A stretch of DNA of 64,000 bases, from positions 62,001 to 126,000 of the forward strand of contig JBHGNT010000023.1 of the NCBI GenBank assembly GCA_043228905.1, in the 5' to 3' direction. This DNA is from Azolla caroliniana. Lineage: Eukaryota > Plantae > Polypodiophyta. Under the pieces are notes generated by a model. It saw only the letters and a list, made by a program, of their open reading frames with translations. It had not been told where the DNA came from and did not search any database. Below are positions 1-12,050 of the stretch, piece by piece (position 1 is the stretch's first letter; each line of letters begins with the position of its first letter). A program made the position numbers and the translations under genes.

Positions 1-3000
1 GATTTTTGTGTTCAAACATGCGAATCAAAGCTAACTACGCTAGCTATGATACACAATTAAAAATTCCACATTTTGAAACTCAGGTCGAGAGACATGAACA
101 AATTAGCAAATTTGAGGAGGGAGTGGACAAGAGCTAGTAGCTAAATTAAAATGTTCATACCTGGCTCGTGTGATATCGGATTTTTGTGTTGAAACATGCG
201 AATCGAAGCTAACTACGCTAGCTATGATACACAATTAAAAAATCAAGATTTTGAAACTCAGGTCGAGAGGCATGAAGAAATTAGCAAATTTGAGGAGGGA
301 GTGGACAAGAGCTAGTAGGTAAATTAAAATGTTCATACCTGGCTCGTGTGATATCGGATTTTTGTGTTCAAACATGCGAATCGAAGCTAACTAAGCTAGC
401 TATGATACACAATTAAAAAATCCAGATTTTGAAACTCAGGTCGAGAGACATGAACAAATTAGCAAATTTGAGGAGGGAGTGGACAAGAGCTAGTAGGTAG
501 ATTAAAATGTTCATACCTAGCTCGTGTGATATCGGATTTTTGTGTTCAAACATGCGAATCGAAGCTAACTACGCTAGCTATGATACCGAATTAAAAAATC
601 AAGATTTTGAAACTTAGGTCGAGAGACATGAACAAATTAGCAAATTTGAGGAGGGAGTGAACAAGAGCTAGTAGGTAAATTAAAATGTTCATACCTGGCT
701 CGTGTGATATCGGATTTTTGTGTTCAAACATGCGAATCGAAGCTAACTACGCTAGCTATGATACAGAATTAAAAAAACAAGATTTTGAAACTCAGGTCGA
801 GAGACATGAAGAAATTAGCAAATTTGAGGAGGGAGTGGACAAGAGGTAGTAGGTAAATTAAAATGTTCATACCTGGTTCGTCTGATATCGGATTTTTGTG
901 TTCAAACTTGCGAATCGAAGCTAACTACGCTAGCTATGATACAGAATTAAAAAATCAAGATTTTGAAACTCAGGTTGAGAGACATGAAGAAATTAGCAAA
1001 TTTGAGGAGGGAGTGGACAAGAGCTAGTAGGTAAATTAAAATGTTCATACCTGGCTCGTGTGATATCGGATTTTAGTGTTCAAACATGCGAATCGAAGTT
1101 AATTACGCTAGCTATGATACAGAATTACAAAATCAAGATTTTCAAACTCAGGTCGAGAGACATGAAGAAATTAGCAAATTTGAGGAGGGAGTGGACAAGA
1201 GCTAGTAGGTAAATTAAAATGTTCATACCTGGCTCGTGTGATATCGGATTTTTGTGTTCAAACATGCGAATCAAAGCTAACTACGCTAGCTATGATACAC
1301 AATTAAAAATTCGAGATTTTGAAACTCAGGTCGAGAGACATGAACAAATTAGCAAATTTGAGGAGGGAGTGGACAAGAGCTAGTAGGTAAATTAAAATGT
1401 TCATACCTGGCTCGTGTGATATCGGATTTTTGTGTTGAAACATGTGAATCGAAGCTAACTACGCTAGCTATGATACACAATTAAATAATCAAGATTTTGA
1501 AACTCAGGTCGAGAGGCATGAAGAAATTAGCAAATTTGAGGAGGGAGTGGACAAGAGCTAGTAGGTAAATTAAATGTTCATACCTGGCTCGTGTGATATC
1601 GGATTTTTGTGTTCAAACATGCGAATCAAAGCTAACTACGCTAGCTATGATACACAATTAAAAAATCAAGATTTTGAAACTCAGGTCGAGAGGCATGAAG
1701 AAATTAGCAAATTTGAGGAGGGAGTGGACAAGAGCTAGTAGGTAAATTAAAATGTTCATACCTGGCTCGTGTGATATCGGATTTTTGTGTTGAAACATGT
1801 GAATCGAAGCTAACTACGCTAGCTATGATACACAATTAAAAAATCAAGATTTTGAAACTCAGGTCGAGAGGCATGAAGAAATTAGCAAATTTGAGGAGGG
1901 AGTGGACAAGAGCTAGTAGGTAAATTAAAATGTTCATACCTGGCTCGTGTGATATCGGATTTTTGTGTTCAAACATGCGAATCGAACCTAACTAAGCTAG
2001 CTATGATACACAATTAAAAAATCAAGATTTTGAAACTCAGGTCGAGAGACATGAACAAATTAGCAAATTTGAGGAGGGAGTGGACAAGAGCTAGTAGGTA
2101 GATTAAAATGTTCATACCTGGCTCGTGTGATATCGGATTTTTGTGTTCAAACATGCGAATCGAAGCTAACTACGCTAGCTATGATACCGAATTAAAAAAT
2201 CAAGATTTTGAAACTTAGGTCGAGAGACATGAACAAATTAGCAAATTTGAGGAGGGAGTGGACAAGAGCTAGTAGGTAAATTAAAATGTTCATACCTGGC
2301 TCGTGTGATATCGGATTTTTGTGTTGAAACATGTGAATCGAAGCTAACTACGCTAGCTATGATACACAATAAAAAAATAAAGATTTTGAAACTCAGGTCG
2401 AGAGGCATGAAGAAATTAGCAAATTTGAGGAGGGAGTGGACAAGAGCTAGTAGGTAAATTAAAATGTTCATACCTGGCTCGTGTGATATCGGATTTTTGT
2501 GTTCAAACATGCGAATCGAACCTAACTAAGCTAGCTATGATACACAATTAAAAAATCAAGATTTTGAAACTCAGGTCGAGAGACATGAACAAATTAGCAA
2601 ATTTGAGGAGGGAGTGGACAAGAGCTAGTAGGTAGATTAAAATGTTCATACCTGGCTCGTGTGATATCGGATTTTTGTGTTCAAACATGCGAATCAAAGC
2701 TAACTACGCTAGCTATGATACCGAATTAAAAAATCAAGATTTTGAAATTTAGGTCGAGAGACATGAACAAATTAGCAAATTTGAGGAGGGAGTGGACAAG
2801 AGCTAGTAGGTAAATTAAAATGTTCATACCTGGCTCGTGTGATATCGGATTTTTGTGTTCAAACATGCGAATCGAAGCTAACTACGCTAGCTATGATACA
2901 GAATTAAAAAAACAAGATTTTGAAACTCAGGTCGAGAGACATGAAGAAATTAGCAAATTTGAGGAGGGAGTGGACAAGAGGTAGTAGGTAAATTAAAATG

Positions 3001-6000
3001 TTCATACCTGGCTCGTGTGATATCGGATTTTTGTGTTCAAACTTGCGAATCGAAGCAAACTACGCTAGCTATGATACAGAATTAAAAAATCAAGATTTTG
3101 AAACTCAGGTTGAGAGACATGAAGAAATTAGCAAATTTGAGGAGGGAGTGGACAAGAGCTAGTAGGTAAATTAAAATGTTCATACCTGGCTCGTGTGATA
3201 TCGGATTTTAGTGTTCAAACATGCGAATCGAAGCTAATTACGCTAGCTATGATACAGAATTACAAAATCAAGATTTTGAAACTCAGGTCGAGAGACATGA
3301 AGAAATTAGCAAATTTGAGGAGGGAGTGGACAAGAGCTAGTAGGTAAATTAAAATGTTCATACCTGGCTCGTGTGATATCGGATTTTTGTGTTCAAACAT
3401 GCGAATCAAAGCTAACTACGCTAGCTATGATACACAATTAAAAATTCCACATTTTGAAACTCAGGTCGAGAGACATGAACAAATTAGCAAATTTGAGGAG
3501 GGAGTGGACAAGAGCTAGTAGGTAAATTAAAATGTTCATACCTGGCTCGTGTGATATCGGATTTTTGTGTTGAAACATGCGAATCGAAGCTAACTACGCT
3601 AGCTATGATACACAATTAAAAAATCAAGATTTTGAAACTCAGGTCGAGAGGCATGAAGAAATTAGCAAATTTGAGGAGGGAGTGGACAAGAGCTAGTAGG
3701 TAAATTAAAATGTTCATACCTGGCTCGTGTGATATCGGATTTTTGTGTTCAAACATGCGAATCGAAGCTAACTAAGCTAGCTATGATACACAATTAAAAA
3801 ATCCAGATTTTGAAACTCAGGTCGAGAGACATGAACAAATTAGCAAATTTGAGGAGGGAGTGGACAAGAGCTAGTAGGTAGATTAAAATGTTCATACCTA
3901 GCTCGTGTGATATCGGATTTTTGTGTTCAAACATGCGAATCGAAGCTAACTACGCTAGCTATGATACCGAATTAAAAAATCAAGATTTTGAAACTTAGGT
4001 CGAGAGACATGAACAAATTAGCAAATTTGAGGAGGGAGTGAACAAGAGCTAGTAGGTAAATTAAAATGTTCATACCTGGCTCGTGTGATATCGGATTTTT
4101 GTGTTCAAACATGCGAATCGAAGCTAACTACGCTAGCTATGATACAGAATTAAAAAAACAAGATTTTGAAACTCAGGTCGAGAGACATGAAGAAATTAGC
4201 AAATTTGAGGAGGGAGTGGACAAGAGGTAGTAGGTAAATTAAAATGTTCATACCTGGCTCGTCTGATATCGGATTTTTGTGTTCAAACTTGCGAATCGAA
4301 GCTAACTACGCTAGCTATGATACAGAATTAAAAAATCAAGATTTTGAAACTCAGGTTGAGAGACATGAAGAAATTAGCAAATTTGAGGAGGGAGTGGACA
4401 AGAGCTAGTAGGTAAATTAAAATGTTCATACCTGGCTCGTGTGATATCGGATTTTAGTGTTCAAACATGCGAATCGAAGTTAATTACGCTAGCTATGATA
4501 CAGAATTACAAAATCAAGATTTTCAAACTCAGGTCGAGAGACATGAAGAAATTAGCAAATTTGAGGAGGGAGTGGACAAGAGCTAGTAGGTAAATTAAAA
4601 TGTTCATACCTGGCTCGTGTGATATCGGATTTTTGTGTTCAAACATGCGAATCAAAGCTAACTACGCTAGCTATGATACACAATTAAAAAATCAAGATTT
4701 TGAAACTCAGGTCGAGAGACATGAACAAATTAGCAAATTTGAGGAGGGAGTGGACAAGAGCTAGTAGGTAAATTAAAATGTTCATACCTGGCTCGTGTGA
4801 TATCGGATTTTTGTGTTGAAACATGTGAATCGAAGCTAACTACGCTAGCTATGATACACAATTAAATAATCAAGATTTTGAAACTCAGGTCGAGAGGCAT
4901 GAAGAAATTAGCAAATTTGAGGAGGGAGTGGACAAGAGCTAGTAGGTAAATTAAAATGTTCATACCTGGCTCGTGTGATATCGGATTTTTGTGTTGAAAC
5001 ATGCGAATCGAAGCTAACTACGCTAGCTATGATACACAATTAAAAATTCAAGATTTTGAAACTCAGGTCGAGAGACATGAACAAATTAGCAAATTTGAGG
5101 AGGGAGTGGACAAGAGCTAGTAGGTAAATTAAAATGTTCATACCTGGCTCGTGTGATATCGGATTTTTGTGTTGAAACATGTGAATCGAAGCTAACTACG
5201 CTAGTTATGATACACAATTAAAAAATCAAGATTTTGAAACTCAGGTCGAGAGGCATGAAGAAATTAGCAAATTTGAGGAGGGAGTGGACAAGAGCTAGTA
5301 GGTAAATTAAAATGTTCATACCTGGCTCGTGTGATATCGGATTTTTGTGTTGAAACATGTGAATCGAAGCTAACTACGCTAGCTATGATACACAATTAAA
5401 AAATCCAGATTTTGAAACTCAGGTCGAGAGGCATGAAGAAATTAGCAAATTTGAGGAGGGAGTGGACAAGAGCTAGTAGGTAAATTAAAATGTTCATACC
5501 TGGCTCGTGTGATATCGGATTTTTGTGTTCAAACATGCGAATCGAACCTAACTAAGCTAGCTATGATACACAATTAAAAAATCAAGATTTTGAAACTCAG
5601 GTCGAGAGACATGAACAAATTAGCAAATTTGAGGAGGGAGTGGACAAGAGCTAGTAGGTAGATTAAAATGTTCATACCTGGCTCGTGTGATATCGGATTT
5701 TTGTGTTCAAACATGCGAATCGAAGCTAACTACGCTAGCTATGATACCGAATTAAAAAATCAAGATTTTGAAATTTAGGTCGAGAGACATGAGCAAATTA
5801 GCAAATTTGAGGAGGGAGTGGACAAGAGCTAGTAGGTAAATTAAAATGTTCATACCTCGCTCGTGTGATATCGGATTTTTGTGTTCAAACATGCGAATCG
5901 AAGCTAACTACGCTAGCTATGATACAGAATTAAAAAAACAAGATTTTGAAACTCAGGTCGAGAGACATGAACAAATTAGCAAATTTGAGGAGGGAGTGGA

Positions 6001-6410
6001 CAAGAGGTAGTAGGTAAATTAAAATGTTCATACCTGGCTCGTGTGATATCGGATTTTTGTGTTCAAACTTGCGAATCGAAGCTAACTGCGCTAGCTGTGA
6101 TACAGAATTAAAAAATCAAGATTTTGAAACTCAGGTTGAGAGACATGAAGAAATTAGCAAATTTGAGGAGGGAGTGGACAAGAGCTAGTAGGTAAATTAA
6201 AATGTTCATACCTGGCTCGTGTGATATCGGATTTTAGTGTTCAAACAAGCGAATCGAAGCTAATTACGCTAGCTATGATACAGAATTACAAAATCAAGAT
6301 TTTGAAACTCAGGTCGACAGACATGAAGAAATTAGCAAATTTGAGGAGGGAGTGGACAAGAGCTAGTAGGTAAATTAAAATGTTCATACCTGGCTCGTGT
6401 GATATCGGAT
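1..6410 (+). repeat. Domain built from a recurring ~7-monomer HOR (1246 bp), including a duplication at a 19-monomer offset (1..~1570 vs 3382..~4950)
   Basis: The same ordered diagnostic variants recur (TTCCACATTTT; GTTGAAAC/GGCATG; ACTAAG/GTAGATT; ATACCG/TTAGG; AAAAAAAC/GAGGTAG; AACTTG/GTTGAG; TTTTAGTG/TTACAA). The TTTTAGTG marker is at ~1071, 3206, 4452, 6232. Private SNPs (CCTAG, GTGAAC, GTCTGAT, GAAGTT) repeat at offset 3381 = 19x178-1. Confidence 0.85.
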
Positions 6411-9400
6411 TTTTGTGTTCAAACATGCGAATCAAAGCTAACTACGCTAGCTATGATACAGAATTAAAAAATCAAGATTTTGAAACTCACGTCGAGAGAC
6501 ATGAACAAATTAGCAAATTTGAGGAGGGAGTGGACAAGAGCTAGTAGGTAAATTAAAATGTTCATACCTGGCTCGTGTGATATCGGATTTTTGTGTTCCA
6601 ACATGCGAATCGAAGCTAGCTACGCTACCTATGATACAGAATTAAAAAATCAAGATTTTGAAACTCAGGTCGAGAGACATGAACAAATTAGCAAATTTGA
6701 GGAGGGAGTGGACAAGAGCTAGTAGGTAGATTAAAATGTTCATACCTGGCTCGTGTGATATCGGATTTTTGTGTTCAAACATGCGAATCGAAGCTAACTA
6801 CGCTAGCTATGATATAGAATTAAAAAATCAAGATTTTGAAACTCACGTCGAGAGACATGAACAAATTAGCAAATTTGAGGAGGGAGTGGACAAGAGCTAG
6901 TAGGTAAATTAAAATGTTCATACCTGGCTCGTGTGATATCGGATTTTTGTGTTCCAACATGCGAATCGAAGCTAGCTACGCTACCTATGATACAGAATTA
7001 AAAAATCAAGATTTTGAAACTCAGGTCGAGAGACATGAACAAATTAGCAAATTTGAGGAGGGAGTGGACAAGAGCTAGTAGGTAGATTAAAATGTTCATA
7101 CCTGGCTCGTGTGATATCGGATTTTTGTGTTCAAACATGCGAATCGAAGCTAACTACGCTAGCTATGATACAGAATTAAAAAATCAAGATTTTGAAACTC
7201 AGGTCGAGAGACATGAACAAATTAGCAAATTTGAGGAGGGAGTGGACAAGAGCTAGTAGGTAAATTAAAATGTTCATACCTGGCTCGTGTGATATCGGAT
7301 TTTTGTGTTCAAACATGTGAATCGAAGCTAACTACGCTAGCTATGATACAGAATTAAAAACTCAAGATTTTCAAACTCAGGTCGAGAGACATGAACAAAT
7401 TAGCAAATTTGAGGAGGGAGTGGACAAGAGCTAGTAGGTAAATTAAAATGTTCATACGTGGCTCGTGTGATATCGGATTTTTGTGTTCAAACATGCGAAT
7501 CGAAGCTAACTACGCTAGCTATGATACAGAATTAAAAAATCAAGATTTTGAAACTCAGGTCGAGAGACATGAAGAAATTAGCAAATTTGAGGAGGGAGTG
7601 GACAAGAGCTACTAGGTAAATTAAAATGTTCATACCTGGCTCGTGTGATATCGGATTTTTGTGTTCAAACATGCGAATCGAAGCTAACTACGCTAGCTAT
7701 GATATAGAATTAAAAAATCAAGATTTTGAAACTCACGTCGAGAGACATGAACAAATTAGCAAATTTGAGGAGGGAGTGGACAAGAGCTAGTAGGTAAATT
7801 AAAATGTTCATACCTGGCTCGTGTGATATCGGATTTTTGTGTTCCAACATGCGAATCGAAGCTAGCTACGCTACCTATGATACAGAATTAAAAAATCAAG
7901 ATTTTGAAACTCAGGTCGAGAGACATGAACAAATTAGCAAATTTGAGGAGGGAGTGGACAAGAGCTAGTAGGTAAATTAAAATGTTCATACCTGGCTCGT
8001 GTGATATCGGATTTTTGTGTTCCAACATGCGAATCGAATCTAGCTACGCTACCTATGATACAGAATTAAAAAATCAAGATTTTGAAACTCAGGTCGAGAG
8101 ACATGAACAAATTAGCAAATTTGAGGAGGGAGTGGAAAAGAGATAGTAGGTAAATTAAAATGTTCATACCTGGCTCGTTTGATATCGGATTTTTGTGTTC
8201 AAACAAGCGAATCGAAGCTAACAACGCTTGATATGATATAGAATTAAAAAATCAAGCTAACAACTCAGGTCGAGAGACATGAAGAAATTAGCAAATTTGA
8301 GGAGGGAGTGGACAAAAGCTAGTAGGTAAATTAAAATGTTCATAGCTGGCTCGTGTGATATCGGATTTTTGTGTTCAAACATGCGAATCGAAGCTAACTA
8401 CGCTAGCTATGATACAGAATTAAAAAATCAAGATTTTGAAACTCAGGTCGAGAGACATGAACAAATTAGCAAATTTGAGGAGGGAGTGGACAAGAGCTAG
8501 TAGGTAAATTAAAATGTTCATACCTGGCTCGTGTGATATCGGATTTTTGTGTTCAAACATGTGAATCGAAGCTAACTACGCTAGCTATGATACAGAATTA
8601 AAAACTCAAGATTTTCAAACTCAGGTCGAGAGACATGAACAAATTAGCAAATTTGAGGAGGGAGTGGACAAGAGCTAGTAGGTAAATTAAAATGTTCATA
8701 CGTGGCTCGTGTGATATCGGATTTTTGTGTTCAAACATGCGAATCGAAGCTAACTACGCTAGCTATGATACAGAATTAAAAAATCAAGATTTTGAAACTC
8801 AGGTCGAGAGACATGAACAAATTAGCAAATTTGAGGAGGGAGTGGACAAGAGCTACTAGGTAAATTAAAATGTTCATACCTGGCTCGTGTGATATCGGAT
8901 TTTTGTGTTCAAACATGCGAATCGAAGCTAACTACGCTAGCTATGATATAGAATTAAAAAATCAAGATTTTGAAACTCACGTCGAGAGACATGAACAAAT
9001 TAGCAAATTTGAGGAGGGAGTGGACAAGAGCTAGTAGGTAAATTAAAATGTTCATACCTGGCTCGTGTGATATCGGATTTTTGTGTTCCAACATGCGAAT
9101 CGAATCTAGCTACGCTACCTATGATACAGAATTAAAAAATCAAGATTTTGAAACTCAGGTCGAGAGACATGAACAAATTAGCAAATTTGAGGAGGGAGTG
9201 GAAAAGAGATAGTAGGTAAATTAAAATGTTCATACCTGGCTCGTTTGATATCGGATTTTTGTGTTCAAACAAGCGAATCGAAGCTAACAACGCTTGATAT
9301 GATATAGAATTAAAAAATCAAGCTAACAACTCAGGTCGAGAGACATGAGGAAATTAGCAAATTTAAGGAGGGAGTGGACAAGAGCTAGTAGGTAAATTAA

Positions 9401-9544
9401 AATGTTCATACCTGGCGCGTGTGATATCGGATTTTTGTGTTCAAACATGCGAATCGAAGCTAACTACGCTAGCTATGATACAGAATTAAAAAATCAAGAT
9501 TTTGAAACTCAGGTCGAGAGACATGAAGAAATTAGCAAATTTGA

Positions 9545-12050
9545 GGAGGGAGTGGACAAGAGCTAGTAGGTAAATTAAAATGTTCATACCTGGCTCGTGT
9601 GATATCGGATTTTTGTGTTCAAACATGCGAATCGAAGCTAACTAAGCTAGCTATGATACACAATTAAAAAATCCAGATTTTGAAACTCAGGTCGAGAGAC
9701 ATGAACAAATTAGCAAATTTGAGGAGGGAGTGGACAAGAGCTAGTAGGTAGATTAAAATGTTCATACCTAGCTCGTGTGATATCGGATTTTTGTGTTCAA
9801 ACATGCGAATCGAAGCTAACTACGCTAGCTATGATACCGAATTAAAAAATCAAGATTTTGAAACTTAGGTCGAGAGACATGAACAAATTAGCAAATTTGA
9901 GGAGGGAGTGGACAAGAGCTAGTAGGTAAATTAAAATGTTCATACCTGGCTCGTGTGATATCGGATTTTTGTGTTCAAACATGCGAATCGAAGCTAACTA
10001 CGCTAGGTATGATACACAATTAAAAAATCAAGATTTTGAAACTCAGGTCGAGGGACATGAACAAATTAGCAAATTTGAGGAGGGAGTGGACAAGACCTAG
10101 TAGGTAAATTAAAATGTTCATACCTGGCTCGTTTGATATCGGATTTTTGTGTTCAAACATGCGAATCGAAGCTAACTACGCTAGCTATGATATAGAATTA
10201 AAAAATCAAGATTTTGAAACTCAGGTCGAGAGACATGAAGAAATTAGCAAATTTGAGGAGGGAGTGGACAAGAGATAGTAGCTAAATTAAAATGTTCATA
10301 CCTGGCTCGTGTGATATCGGATTTTTATGTTCAAACATGTGAATCGAAGCTAACTACGCTAGCTATGATATAGAATTAAAAAATCAAGATTTTGAAACTC
10401 AGGTCGAGAGACATGAAGAAATTAGCAAATTTGAGGAGGGAGTGGACAAGAGGTAGTAGGTAAATTAAAATGTTCATACCTGGCTCGTGTGATATCGGAT
10501 TTTTGTGTTCAAACTTGCGAATCGAAGCTAACTGCGCTAGCTATGATACAGAATTAAAAAATCAAGATTTTGAAACTCAGGTTGAGAGACATGAAGAAAT
10601 TAGCAAATTTGAGGAGGGAGTGGACAAGAGCTAGTAGGTAAATTAAAATGTTCATACCTGGCTCGTGTGATATCGGATTTTAGTGTTCAAACAAGCGAAT
10701 CGAAGCTAATTACGCTAGCTATGATACAGAATTACAAAATCAAGATTTTGAAACTCAGGTCGACAGACATGAAGAAATTAGCAAATTTGAGGAGGGAGTG
10801 GACAAGAGCTAGTAGGTAAATTAAAATGTTCATACCTGGCTCGTGTGATATCGGATTTTTGTGTTCAAACATGCGAATCAAAGCTAACTACGCTAGCTAT
10901 GATACACAATTAAAAATTCAACATTTTGAAACTCAGGTCGAGAGACATGAACAAATTAGCAAATTTGAGGAGGGAGTGGACAAGAGCTAGTAGGTAAATT
11001 AAAATGTTCATACCTGGCTCGTGTGATATCGGATTTTTGTGTTGAAACATGCGAATCGAAGCTAACTACGCTAGCTATGATACACAATTAAAAAATCAAG
11101 ATTTTGAAACTCAGGTCGAGAGGCATGAAGAAATTAGCAAATTTGAGGAGGGAGTGGACAAGAGCTAGTAGGTAAATTAAAATGTTCATACCTGGCTCGT
11201 GTGATATCGGATTTTTGTGTTCAAACATGCGAATCGAAGCTAACTAAGCTAGCTATGATACACAATTAAAAAATCCAGATTTTGAAACTCAGGTCGAGAG
11301 ACATGAACAAATTAGCAAATTTGAGGAGGGAGTGGACAAGAGCTAGTAGGTAGATTAAAATGTTCATACCTAGCTCGTGTGATATCGGATTTTTGTGTTC
11401 AAACATGCGAATCGAAGCTAACTACGCTAGCTATGATACCGAATTAAAAAATCAAGATTTTGAAACTTAGGTCGAGAGACATGAACAAATTAGCAAATTT
11501 GAGGAGGGAGTGGACAAGAGCTAGTAGGTAAATTAAAATGTTCATACCTGGCTCGTGTGATATCGGATTTTTGTGTTCAAACATGCGAATCGAAGCTAAC
11601 TACGCTAGGTATGATACACAATTAAAAAATCAAGATTTTGAAACTCAGGTCGAGGGACATGAACAAATTAGCAAATTTGAGGAGGGAGTGGACAAGACCT
11701 AGTAGGTAAATTAAAATGTTCATACCTGGCTCGTTTGATATCGGATTTTTGTGTTCAAACATGCGAATCGAAGCTAACTACGCTAGCTATGATATAGAAT
11801 TAAAAAATCAAGATTTTGAAACTCAGGTCGAGAGACATGAAGAAATTAGCAAATTTGAGGAGGGAGTGGACAAGAGATAGTAGCTAAATTAAAATGTTCA
11901 TACCTGGCTCGTGTGATATCGGATTTTTATGTTCAAACATGTGAATCGAAGCTAACTACGCTAGCTATGATATAGAATTAAAAAATCAAGATTTTGAAAC
12001 TCAGGTCGAGAGACATGAAGAAATTAGCAAATTTGAGGAGGGAGTGGACA
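9545..12050 (+). repeat. Block duplication at a 9-monomer offset (~9545-10450 copied at ~11147-12050)
   Basis: Private variants CTAGGTAT (10006/11608), AGGGACAT (10051/11653) and TTTTATGTT recur at offset 1602 = 9x178. Confidence 0.85.

Noticed and set aside
114-133. GAGGAGGGAGTGG as a Shine-Dalgarno site or G-quadruplex
   Set aside because: No ORF follows it, and only one G3 run with a few GG runs is present, too weak to call a G4. It is simply a purine-rich part of the monomer.
2238-2510. 90-aa minus-strand ORF (MFEHKNPISHEPG...)
   Set aside because: It is a translation of ~1.5 satellite monomers, open only because a T>A change at 2371 removes the TAA stop present in almost every monomer. 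The hydrophobic look reflects A-tracts, and there is no gene context.
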